Positions 23,529-30,905 of a stretch of 32,000 nucleotides of DNA are shown in pieces. The notes beneath the pieces are model-generated. The model had not been told where the DNA came from. It saw nothing but the letters and a program-made list of their open reading frames with translations, and did no database searches. The translations under genes and the position numbers were made by a program. Positions within the stretch are counted from its first letter, which is position 1. Each line of letters begins with the position of its first letter. The DNA is from Candidatus Methanophagaceae archaeon (GTDB lineage Archaea > Halobacteriota > Syntropharchaeia > Alkanophagales > Methanospirareceae): NCBI GenBank assembly GCA_003194425.1, contig PQXB01000001.1, forward strand, positions 520,444 to 552,443. Reading direction: 5' to 3'.

Positions 23529-23530
23529 GA

Positions 23531-24475
23531 ATGAAGAGAAAATTCACGGGTGCGCTGTTGGGCAGTGCCGTGGGGGACGCGTTGGGTGCTCCGGTGGAGG
23601 GGTGCAGCAGGCAGAAAGTCAGTTCAGTCTACGGCGAAGGAGGGGAGTGGAAGATGATTTCGGGTCGCTACACCGACGACACCGAGATGATGATTGGAGT
23701 TGCAGAATCGCTGGTAGCGAACAGGGGCTTCAATGCAGAGGACTTAGCACGCAGGTTCGTCGCGAATTACGACCCGAGCCGGGGCTACGGTCCGGGGACG
23801 AAGGAGGTGTTGAGAAGGCTGAGCGAGGGCGAGAGTTGGGAAGAGGCGTCAAAGAAGGTGTTTGGCGGAGCGGGGTCGTACGGGAACGGTGCTGCGATGC
23901 GGGTTGCTCCTGTGGGCGTCTTTTACTGCGACGACTTGGCGAGGCTAAAAGAGGTAGCCTACAAGTCCAGCCAAATTACGCACTCTCACGAACTTGGCAA
24001 GGAAGGGGCGGCGTTGCAGGCTTTCTGCGTCGCTTTGGCAGTGCGGGGTGGACGAGGGGGGGGACGAGTGGGAGAGAGAAGGAGAGAGAGAGAGGGAATG
24101 TTGCACGAGTTGAAGGGGTTTGTCAAGAACGCGGTGTTTCGGGAGAAGCTGGAAAAAATAGAACTGGACAAAGCTAAAACCAGAGACGAGGTAGTCCGTG
24201 AATTAGGGAACGGAGAAGCGGCTTTCAACTCCGTCCCGACCGCGATTTACTCGTTTCTTCGGACCGAGAGTTTTAAGGACGCGGTTGCCTTTGCGGTAAG
24301 TCTGGGCGGCGACCCCGACACCATCGGAGCGATGACAGGGGCAATAAGCGGTGCGTACTACGGCGAAACGGCAATTCCAAAAGCGTGGCTGGAGAAGTTG
24401 GAGGATGGCAGAAAGGGCAGGCGTTACATAAAACGGCTGGCAGAGGAGTTGTACCGCGTAAAGATTAGTTTATAA
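23531..24475 (+). CDS. ADP-ribosylglycohydrolase family protein (ARH/DraG-like)
   Basis: MKRKFTGALLGSAVGDALGAPVEG, RYTDDTEMM, GNGAAMRVAPVG and GGDPDTIGAMTGAISGAYYG. The track ORF start at 23327 overlaps DUF1847, so I take the ATG at 23531, 3 nt after the DUF1847 stop. Confidence 0.85.
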   Translation: MKRKFTGALLGSAVGDALGAPVEGCSRQKVSSVYGEGGEWKMISGRYTDDTEMMIGVAESLVANRGFNAEDLARRFVANYDPSRGYGPGTKEVLRRLSEGESWEEASKKVFGGAGSYGNGAAMRVAPVGVFYCDDLARLKEVAYKSSQITHSHELGKEGAALQAFCVALAVRGGRGGGRVGERRREREGMLHELKGFVKNAVFREKLEKIELDKAKTRDEVVRELGNGEAAFNSVPTAIYSFLRTESFKDAVAFAVSLGGDPDTIGAMTGAISGAYYGETAIPKAWLEKLEDGRKGRRYIKRLAEELYRVKISL

Positions 24476-25882
24476 CCACTCTTTGTAAATTTCGTGCTCC
24501 CTCAAAACTTCTTTCGCCCTTTCCCGCTCTTCTTGGTGTCGCTTAATAAAAGAGAACATTTGTTCGGCAGCCTCCGACTTGCAGGCACTGCAGACTCGTC
24601 GCCCGTCCTTGCACGCCTCAAAAATCTCCTGCACACGAGCGTCCTCCTCAACCAAATGCGAGACCAAAAGTTCAAAGACCGTGCACTCTTCGGGCGAGCC
24701 ACCGAGTCGCTTCTGCTCTGCCACTGTCACTCGTCCTCCGGTTTTCGCCCGCTTGACTTTCCTTGCCGCCTCTTCCGGCGGTTCCGTCAGTGCGATGTAA
24801 CTCTCCGGAACGCTTGAGGACATTTTCCCGCCAGTCAGCCCCTGCATAAACTTGTGGTAAGTAGCGGAGGGCAGAAAGAAGCCGTAGCCGCCGAACTCCA
24901 ACTCCACCGCCCGCACCGTCTCCTCAACCTCTCGCACTCTTCGGTCAATTTCGTCCTCTACAACGCCTGTCTCCGCTCCAACACCAAAAATATCCAAGTG
25001 CATTTCATAAATCTTTTTCGGTCCCTCGGTCCGCCTCGCCACCTCTTCCAAGGCGTCTCTGCCCGCTTTGTTCGCCTGCTTCTGCCGCACGCTCACGAAC
25101 GGCTTCTGGTTCTTGTCCCGCCTCTTCTCGACGCGGAACATTCGCATTCGCGACGCGATGTCCCTCGTCAGTCGGATGTGCGGGTCCTGGTCAACGCCGA
25201 CAGGAATTACAACAGGTTTTGGTCCGCCGTACTCGGGCAGTTGCGGCTGTAGGATGTCCGCGTTCTGCACCACAACGCTCGTTAAGTGAGAGACGCACAC
25301 CTCGCCCGAGAAGCCGTAAATCGCACTCAGTTCGCTGAAATTAACCTCTGTTCCGAGTTCAAAAGCGAGGTCTTGCAGCCTTCTGTTCTCGGACTGAAAG
25401 TAAATATGCCCTCGCTCAGGGTCAAAGCCCAACGCCACGAGGCTCAAAATATACTCGTTCACTCCGACTTCTTTACACTTGCTCCACGGGACTCCCCTGA
25501 CCGAGTGCGATTCCAGATCCGCGATGCAGGCAAACGCGTCGCCGCCCCTCTGCTGATGCCAAATAATCTCATCCATCACCATCTTTCCGCCGAGATGAAT
25601 TCTTCCAGACGGCATAAACCCGCTCATCACCGCGAACTTTCTCCGCTCCTCCTCCTGCTCCTCCTGCTCCTCCTGCATCGCCCGCAGCACTTCTTCGTAG
25701 CCACGGTGCCCCACGATTACGCCCCTTCGCATATAAAGATGCGGCTTCTTTATTCTGCTCCTCCTCCCGTTCAGCAGTTCCTTGAAAGGCGAAATCCCAA
25801 ACTCCTCAAAGAGCCTCGTGTAGTCCTTTGTTTTTATGCCCGCAACGCCCACGCCCCACGGGTCAATTTCTACCCCTACCAT
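24470..25882 (-). CDS. trpS: Tryptophan--tRNA ligase, archaeal/eukaryotic type
   Basis: IDPWGV...KDYTRLFEEFGI, PSGRIHLGG (HIGH-like) and GKMSSSVPES (KMSKS-like). The track start at 25891 is GTG; the ATG at 25882 gives MVGVEIDPWG. Confidence 0.85.
   Translation of the reverse strand: MVGVEIDPWGVGVAGIKTKDYTRLFEEFGISPFKELLNGRRSRIKKPHLYMRRGVIVGHRGYEEVLRAMQEEQEEQEEERRKFAVMSGFMPSGRIHLGGKMVMDEIIWHQQRGGDAFACIADLESHSVRGVPWSKCKEVGVNEYILSLVALGFDPERGHIYFQSENRRLQDLAFELGTEVNFSELSAIYGFSGEVCVSHLTSVVVQNADILQPQLPEYGGPKPVVIPVGVDQDPHIRLTRDIASRMRMFRVEKRRDKNQKPFVSVRQKQANKAGRDALEEVARRTEGPKKIYEMHLDIFGVGAETGVVEDEIDRRVREVEETVRAVELEFGGYGFFLPSATYHKFMQGLTGGKMSSSVPESYIALTEPPEEAARKVKRAKTGGRVTVAEQKRLGGSPEECTVFELLVSHLVEEDARVQEIFEACKDGRRVCSACKSEAAEQMFSFIKRHQEERERAKEVLREHEIYKEWL
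25646..25675. repeat. 9-nt in-frame repeat (ctcctcctg x3) in trpS
   Basis: Direct reading; encodes (QEE)x3. Confidence 0.9.
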
Positions 25883-26511
25883 TTCTCGCACTTTGCTGGA
25901 AAAAAAACATCTTTAAAATTCTCCACTTTTCCGCCTTTCTTTGTCTCTTTATCTTTTATCTTTACGCCTTCCCCTTCCAACAAGACTATTTTATTCTCTA
26001 CTCCTTCTCCAACTTCTCCGCCCTTTTTTACGACGCGGTGGCAAGGAATCTCTCCTTCTCCAGATCCAGGCTTCGGGTTCTTCGCAAGAGCTTGCCCAAC
26101 AGCCCGAGCCGCACTCTCTGAGCCGGTTATTTTCCGAGATATTTCTCCGTAAGTTGTTACTCTACCTTTAGGAATTTTCTGCGTCAAGTTCCACACAGCG
26201 TTTTGGAAATCCTCGCAATTTCGTGCTACCACCGCTATTTCGTAGTCCTGAATTACCGGGTTGGCGAGAAGTCTTCTGCACATTTCCTCTACCTCCTGCC
26301 TCACCCTTTCTTCTTCACTCTTTTCTCTCCCTTCCTCTTCTCCTCCCCCCTCCCCCGCCTCCGCCTCCTCCTCTACCACAATTCTAAAAGTCTTCATCGT
26401 CTCTACAGCACGCACGTTTCTGAAACCCAGCAGGTTCAACGCCTTCTTCGTGTTCTCGCCCTCAGGGTCTGCAACCCCGTGCTTCAGTTTTATCCTCACT
26501 TCTGCTTCCAT
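25876..26511 (-). CDS. purS: Fusion ORF: PurS (FGAM synthase subunit) N-terminal domain plus MGMT/Ogt C-terminal DNA-binding/active-site domain
   Basis: Residues 1-~105: MEAEVRIKLKHGVADPEGENTKKALNLLGF...VEEMCRRLLANPVIQDYEI (PurS). Residues ~110-211: FQNAVWNLTQKIPKGRVTTYGEISRKI...AARAVGQALAKNP...IPCHRVV...LLEGEGV (methyltransferase PCHR active site). Confidence 0.75.
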   Translation of the reverse strand: MEAEVRIKLKHGVADPEGENTKKALNLLGFRNVRAVETMKTFRIVVEEEAEAGEGGGEEEGREKSEEERVRQEVEEMCRRLLANPVIQDYEIAVVARNCEDFQNAVWNLTQKIPKGRVTTYGEISRKITGSESAARAVGQALAKNPKPGSGEGEIPCHRVVKKGGEVGEGVENKIVLLEGEGVKIKDKETKKGGKVENFKDVFFPAKCEKW

Positions 26512-26531
26512 TTTCCTTTACCGAGTCTCTC

Positions 26532-27200
26532 CTACTTCCATTTTCCTTGTCTCTTTTTTAAACCCTTTCCAATCACATAAATCTCTGCACTTCTTTTCCT
26601 CGACGCCGACGGCGAAAACGACCTCGCGAACCTGAACCGCTCCTTCACCGCCCCGTAAAATTGCTCGTAGTAGGCGCCCTGAAATATCTTTGCGACGAAG
26701 TTTCCCTCTTGGTCTTCTGCTCCGTGGGGATTTAAGAGAGCAGACGCGATTTTCAGTGCCGACCTGCTCAGTTCGAGCGACCGAAACTGGTCGTAACTTC
26801 GGTTTCCGCTCAACTTCGGCGACGCGTCCGAAATCACGGCGTCCACCACCAAAGCCTTACCTCTCGAGAGAAGCACCTCTTTAACCACTTTTACAGTCTC
26901 GTCCTCGTTTGTTAGGTCGCTTTGCACTGCCACCACACCCGCTATTTTTTCCATCGGCTGCAAATCCACGCTCACGACTACTCCTCTGCCCCTGCCTCTG
27001 CCTCCCCCCCCAACTACTCCTGCTGCAACCTGCGACCAGCCCCCGGGAGCAGCACCCAAATCCACAACGACGTCCCCCTTTTTTAGCACTCCGAACTTAC
27101 GGACGATTTGCAGCAGTTTAAATGCGGAACGAGACCTGTAGCCCTCTTGCTTCGCTCTCTTGTAGAACCTGTCTTTTTTTAAGTCTGCCTGTCTCACCAT
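26532..27200 (-). CDS. rlmE: 23S rRNA (uridine-2'-O)-methyltransferase RlmE/FtsJ
   Basis: KKDRFYKRAKQEGYRSRSAFKLLQI, VVDLGAAPGGWSQVA, DASPKLSGNRSYD and FVAKIFQG. Start chosen at ATG 27200; the ATG at 27224 lies inside a duplicated junction. Confidence 0.85.
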   Translation of the reverse strand: MVRQADLKKDRFYKRAKQEGYRSRSAFKLLQIVRKFGVLKKGDVVVDLGAAPGGWSQVAAGVVGGGGRGRGRGVVVSVDLQPMEKIAGVVAVQSDLTNEDETVKVVKEVLLSRGKALVVDAVISDASPKLSGNRSYDQFRSLELSRSALKIASALLNPHGAEDQEGNFVAKIFQGAYYEQFYGAVKERFRFARSFSPSASRKRSAEIYVIGKGLKKRQGKWK

Positions 27201-27201
27201 T

Positions 27202-27276
27202 AAGGTCTCCAAGGGAAAAAACATTCTTCAGGGAAAAATAAGGTCTCCAAGGGAAAAACATTCTTCAGGGAAAAAG
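27202..27276. repeat. 38/37-bp tandem duplication spanning the mqnA-like stop and the rlmE upstream region
   Basis: aaggtctccaagggaaaaaacattcttcagggaaaaat (27202-27239) versus aaggtctccaagggaaaaacattcttcagggaaaaag (27240-27276). The copies differ by one A in the A-run and by the last base. Confidence 0.95.
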
Positions 27277-28170
27277 AATGTCAAGAGGCGGTCGCTCGAA
27301 AAATCCTCGCCTCTCCGCCATTTTGTAAAGTTCATCGAGACCTTTCACGACGCCCTCCGACATTTCGTAGGTGTCCTCGTTCACGTACATCAGTGCGAAT
27401 TTTCTGACGAGTTCTTTGTCCGCACCCCGTGAGTATTTCATTGCGTACTCCAGCGCCTCTTCTGCGTTCTCCAACGCGTACCGCACGCTCGCCCGCATCG
27501 CCGCGAGGAACTCCAGCTGTGCCGCCTCGGGGGTCTCCCTTTTTATGACATTTACGCCGAGAGGCAGGGGCAAGGGCGGGCGTCCTACCGCAGCAGTCTC
27601 CTCCCGCCACCACTCCCACAGGTCAAGGATTTTCACGAGTCCGTGCTGGGCGTAAGTTATTTGTGCCTCGTGAATTACCAGCCCCGCGTCCGCCTCTCCT
27701 CGCTGCACTGCGGGAACGACCTCGTCAAATCGCTTCTCAACCGGCTGAAAACCCTCGCCACCGTCGTCGTCTTCACCTTCTCCCTCGCCACCAACCGCCA
27801 ACTTTAGCAGCAAGTTCGCTGTGGTGTACTTCCCAGGCACTGCAATCTTCTTCCCCTCAAGACTCCTCCCTTCAACGCCAGTTCCCTCTCTCGAAATTTC
27901 TGCTCCCTCTCTCGCAACTACCACCGGCCCGTAGCCGTCGCCAACGCTCGCACCGGCAGACAAAATCCGAAACCGCGGGTGGAGAAAAGCGTAAGCGTGG
28001 GCTGAGAGTGCTGTGACATCAATTTCACCCCTGAACGCTTTCTTGTTCAGCATTTCAATGTCCGCGACAGTGTGCGTTATTTCCACCCCTTTCGGAGCAG
28101 GGATTTTGCCGGTTAGCAGCCCGTAAAACATAAACGCGTCGTCCGCATCTGGCGTGTGTGCGATAATCAT
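27265..28170 (-). CDS. MqnA/MqnD/SBP-family protein (menaquinone-via-futalosine-like periplasmic-binding fold)
   Basis: MIIAHTPDADDAFMFYGLLTGKI resembles the HSPxPxDxFMFYAL N-terminal motif of the family. Size and a ...GLVIHEAQITY... motif are consistent with it. Confidence 0.6.
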   Translation of the reverse strand: MIIAHTPDADDAFMFYGLLTGKIPAPKGVEITHTVADIEMLNKKAFRGEIDVTALSAHAYAFLHPRFRILSAGASVGDGYGPVVVAREGAEISREGTGVEGRSLEGKKIAVPGKYTTANLLLKLAVGGEGEGEDDDGGEGFQPVEKRFDEVVPAVQRGEADAGLVIHEAQITYAQHGLVKILDLWEWWREETAAVGRPPLPLPLGVNVIKRETPEAAQLEFLAAMRASVRYALENAEEALEYAMKYSRGADKELVRKFALMYVNEDTYEMSEGVVKGLDELYKMAERRGFFERPPLDILFP

Positions 28171-28173
28171 AGA

Positions 28174-29475
28174 TTAGAAATCTGCCGTGTCGTATAAAAA
28201 AGATTTCAATAAAATTCTCTTTATCTCATCGATTCTCGCGTCTGTCTTGACCGCGGTCTCCGAGAAATGAGTTCTGCTCGCTGAAAACCCGTCAGAACGC
28301 AACGCCTGGATTAACCAAGAAATCGGCGGCGGCGGAGCCTTCAAACTCTTGCAAATCGCGTGGTACTCAAAGAAAAAAGGAATGTCCAACTCATTTACGC
28401 ACCGCCCCACAATCTTCAACGCCTCTCGCTTCTTCCCCAACTCTCTCTCTTCCAACTCCGCCCACACCCGCTCGCAGAACCGCTTGTCTTTAATTGGACC
28501 GATGAAGAGCGGACCCGCGAGCCGAATCTTCGTCTTTGAACCGCAGACCTCGCACCTCTCCCCCACTCTCAAAATCTCGGAGTCAGTGTAAGGAAAAGCG
28601 AACCTGTTGCCGCAGGAGAAGCAGTGAGCGACGAAACCAAGTTCTTTCAGGCTCTCGTCGGCTCTCTTCGCACCCTTCTCCACGCCTGCAAGGATTCTTA
28701 CGAAATGTGCCGCGGAGTAGCAGAGCAGCGGTCTTACCGCCTTGTCGTACTTGCAGAGGTCTCTCGCTACTCTGCCCAACAGAACCCGCGTCGCCATTTC
28801 TCTGTGGTACTCGGTGTTAAGCGGTTTAGCGTCGTACTTCCGCAAGCCGCCCGTGTGAGCGCCGCACAACGGCGCGGTGTCGGTCGCTGTAACCAAGAGT
28901 AAACGCCTAACTGACTTGCAAGCAGCGTCCAAGAACGGAACCGGCGACCCAAACGGGTCCAAGTCCACCAAGTCGTACCTGTTCCGCAGCAGAAGCAGAT
29001 TTGCGTCCTCGTTGCACGCTCTCGCTTTTTCTTCTACTTCGTTCAACGCGATATTTCGGTTTACGAGTTCGTAAGCAGGCGTGCTTCGGTCGTTAATCAC
29101 CTCTTTCAGTTGCACTTGCGGTCCAACTTCAACCTCGTTCGCCACTCTCACGCCTCTTACTCCCGTCCCCGCGAGTGCGTCCAAGTAAGTTAGAGTCAGA
29201 GGTCGTGAAGGAGAGAGAGAAGGAGAGGGAGAAGGAGAGAGAGAAGGAGAAAGAGAAGGAGAAGGAGAGAGAGAAGGAGAAAGAGAAAGAGAGGGAGAGA
29301 GAGAAGGAGAGGGAGAGAGAGAAAGAGAGGGTAGCGAGGAGACGAAAGCAGCCACGCTTGCAATGTCAATGTCCCGGCACAGTTCCATCTTGGGGTTGTA
29401 AAAGACCGACTTTGTGGGTCGCTTCGGCACTAAAACCCTCGTAGTCCCTTCTTTAGTCTCTGCCTCTGAAAGCAT
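28174..29475 (-). CDS. trm1: tRNA (guanine26-N2)-dimethyltransferase Trm1
   Basis: VFYNPKMELCRDI, LDALAGTGVRGVRVANE, VDLDPFGSP, and the Zn-ribbon CFSCGNRF...CEVCGSK. Confidence 0.85.
   Translation of the reverse strand: MLSEAETKEGTTRVLVPKRPTKSVFYNPKMELCRDIDIASVAAFVSSLPSLSLSPSPSLSPSLSLSPSLSPSPSLSPSLSPSPSPSLSPSRPLTLTYLDALAGTGVRGVRVANEVEVGPQVQLKEVINDRSTPAYELVNRNIALNEVEEKARACNEDANLLLLRNRYDLVDLDPFGSPVPFLDAACKSVRRLLLVTATDTAPLCGAHTGGLRKYDAKPLNTEYHREMATRVLLGRVARDLCKYDKAVRPLLCYSAAHFVRILAGVEKGAKRADESLKELGFVAHCFSCGNRFAFPYTDSEILRVGERCEVCGSKTKIRLAGPLFIGPIKDKRFCERVWAELEERELGKKREALKIVGRCVNELDIPFFFEYHAICKSLKAPPPPISWLIQALRSDGFSASRTHFSETAVKTDARIDEIKRILLKSFLYDTADF
29203..29337. repeat. About 135-nt in-frame purine/pyrimidine-asymmetric repeat in trm1
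   Basis: The plus strand is pure GA (gagagagagaaggagaggg...). The minus sense strand encodes about 45 residues of (S/L/P), SLPSLSLSPSPSLSPSLSLSPSLSPSPSLSPSLSPSPSPSLSPS, just before SAM motif I. Confidence 0.95.
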
Positions 29476-29551
29476 TTGTTGTTGAAAATTAATTAAATTT
29501 ACCTTAAAATTTTTTAATTTTACGGAGGCTACAAAAATTGAGAGGAATGTG

Positions 29552-30817
29552 ATGAAAAAAGAAGATCCGGGCAGCGGCGAAGGAGAACGGATAAAAATAG
29601 CACAGGTCTCCTGCGGGACTGTTTACGGGAATGTGCAAGGCGAAATAGAGAAGGCGGCGAAAGAGGTAGGAGCCGAGATTTTCGTGCCTGAAGTTGACCT
29701 TGACTACGTGGCAGAGAAGGTGGACGAGTTCGGCTACGATTTTAAGAACAGCCTCGGGCTGAGCGTGGCGTTGGCGCGGGGCTACGCAGTCGCGGAAGAG
29801 CTGTGCGAGGCAGACGCGGTCTTCGTTGCGGGCTGCCACAAGTGTCCGCGTGGGGCGGTTGTGAGGACGGAGATTCGGAAAATAATTCAGGAACGGACGA
29901 GTTTGCCGCTTGTAATGTACCCGTTTTCAGAGCGGACGAAGGCGGGGGAACTGCTGACGCGGATGGAAGCGCTGGTTACGATTGTGAAGCGGCGGTGGGT
30001 GCTGGAGCGGAAGGTGCAGGAAGGGCTCACTGCCGGAATTGACTCCGGCTCGACGACAACGAAAGCCGCGATAATGCAGGAGAATGAGGTCTTGGGCGTT
30101 GCGTGGTCGCCGACGCGGGAAGTGGTAAAAACAGGCGAGAAAGTCTTTGCGGAGGCGTTGGAACTCGCGGGCGTAAAACGGGACGAGATTGAGGCGCTGG
30201 GAACGACGGGCTACGGCAGGCACGCGTTGGGCGAGCATTTTAAGGCGGACTTGGTGCAGGAGGAGCTGACCGTGAACTCGAAGGCTGCGATGTTTCTTGC
30301 GGGCATCGAGAAGGGCGAGGCGATGATAATTGACATCGGCGGAATGGACAACAAGATAATAACCGCGAACGACGGCATTCCCGACAATTTCACGATGGGC
30401 GGGATTTGTGCGGGCGCTTCGGGAAGATTTCTTGAAATGATTGCACGCAGGCTTGGAGTGGGCGTGGTCGAAATGGGAAAGCTGGCGTTGGAAGGCGACT
30501 ACGAGAGAGTGAAGACCGACAGTTACTGCATCGTCTTCGGGATTCAAGACCTCGTCTCGGCGTTGTCCAGCGGTGCGAGGCGGGAGGATGTTGCGGCTGC
30601 CGCCTGCCACTCGGTCGTGGAACAGGTGAAGGAGCAGTTGCTGCAGGAGATTGACCTCAGGCAGCCCGCGATTGAGGTCGGCGGCACTGCGTTAGTGGAG
30701 GGCGTGCCGGCGGCGATGAACGATGTTCTGGGCTTTGAGGTGGTCGTGCCGAAATATCCGCAGTACATCGGTGCGGTGGGCGGGGCGCTGCTCTCTTCGT
30801 CGTTCAGGCGGAAATGA
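29552..30817 (+). CDS. Methanogenesis marker protein 15-like (N-terminal HgdB/dehydratase-like region plus C-terminal BcrAD/BadFG-type ASKHA ATPase)
   Basis: KIAQVSCGTVYGNVQGEIEKAAKEVGAEIFVPEVDLDY..., then GIDSGSTTTKAAIMQ, IIDIGGMDNK, and GGTALVEG near the C-terminus. The call is from memory of the marker-15 family architecture. The track start at 29549 is GTG; an ATG lies at 29552. Confidence 0.6.
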   Translation: MKKEDPGSGEGERIKIAQVSCGTVYGNVQGEIEKAAKEVGAEIFVPEVDLDYVAEKVDEFGYDFKNSLGLSVALARGYAVAEELCEADAVFVAGCHKCPRGAVVRTEIRKIIQERTSLPLVMYPFSERTKAGELLTRMEALVTIVKRRWVLERKVQEGLTAGIDSGSTTTKAAIMQENEVLGVAWSPTREVVKTGEKVFAEALELAGVKRDEIEALGTTGYGRHALGEHFKADLVQEELTVNSKAAMFLAGIEKGEAMIIDIGGMDNKIITANDGIPDNFTMGGICAGASGRFLEMIARRLGVGVVEMGKLALEGDYERVKTDSYCIVFGIQDLVSALSSGARREDVAAAACHSVVEQVKEQLLQEIDLRQPAIEVGGTALVEGVPAAMNDVLGFEVVVPKYPQYIGAVGGALLSSSFRRK

Positions 30818-30840
30818 GGCGTGAAGAGAATAGTAAGATA

Positions 30841-30882
30841 GGAGGAGGAAGAAGAAAGATTGGAGGAGGAAGAAGAAAGATT
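30841..30882. repeat. 21-nt tandem duplication (ggaggaggaagaagaaagatt x2) between the marker-15-like gene and hemL
   Basis: Direct reading, with copies at 30841-30861 and 30862-30882. Confidence 0.95.
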
Positions 30883-30905
30883 GGAGAAATGGGAAGAAGT
30901 AAAAA

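Noticed and set aside
23327-23530. The N-terminal 68 codons of the track ORF 23327-24475
   Set aside because: It overlaps the conserved C-terminus of the DUF1847 gene in another frame. The ARH homology begins at the ATG at 23531 (MKRKFTGALLGSAVGDALG).
25286-26152. A 288-aa plus-strand ORF across the trpS/purS region
   Set aside because: It is antisense to two well-supported minus-strand genes. It contains the mirror of the QEE repeat (LLLLLLLL) and P/S-rich filler.
29175-29444. An 89-aa plus-strand ORF encoding EREKEREKEKEKE...
   Set aside because: It is the purine-strand reading of the trm1 repeat block. It has no independent start context and lies entirely inside trm1.
29927-30610. A 227-aa minus-strand ORF antisense to the marker-15-like gene
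   Set aside because: It is an R/P/H-rich shadow frame. The opposite strand has clear ASKHA motifs.
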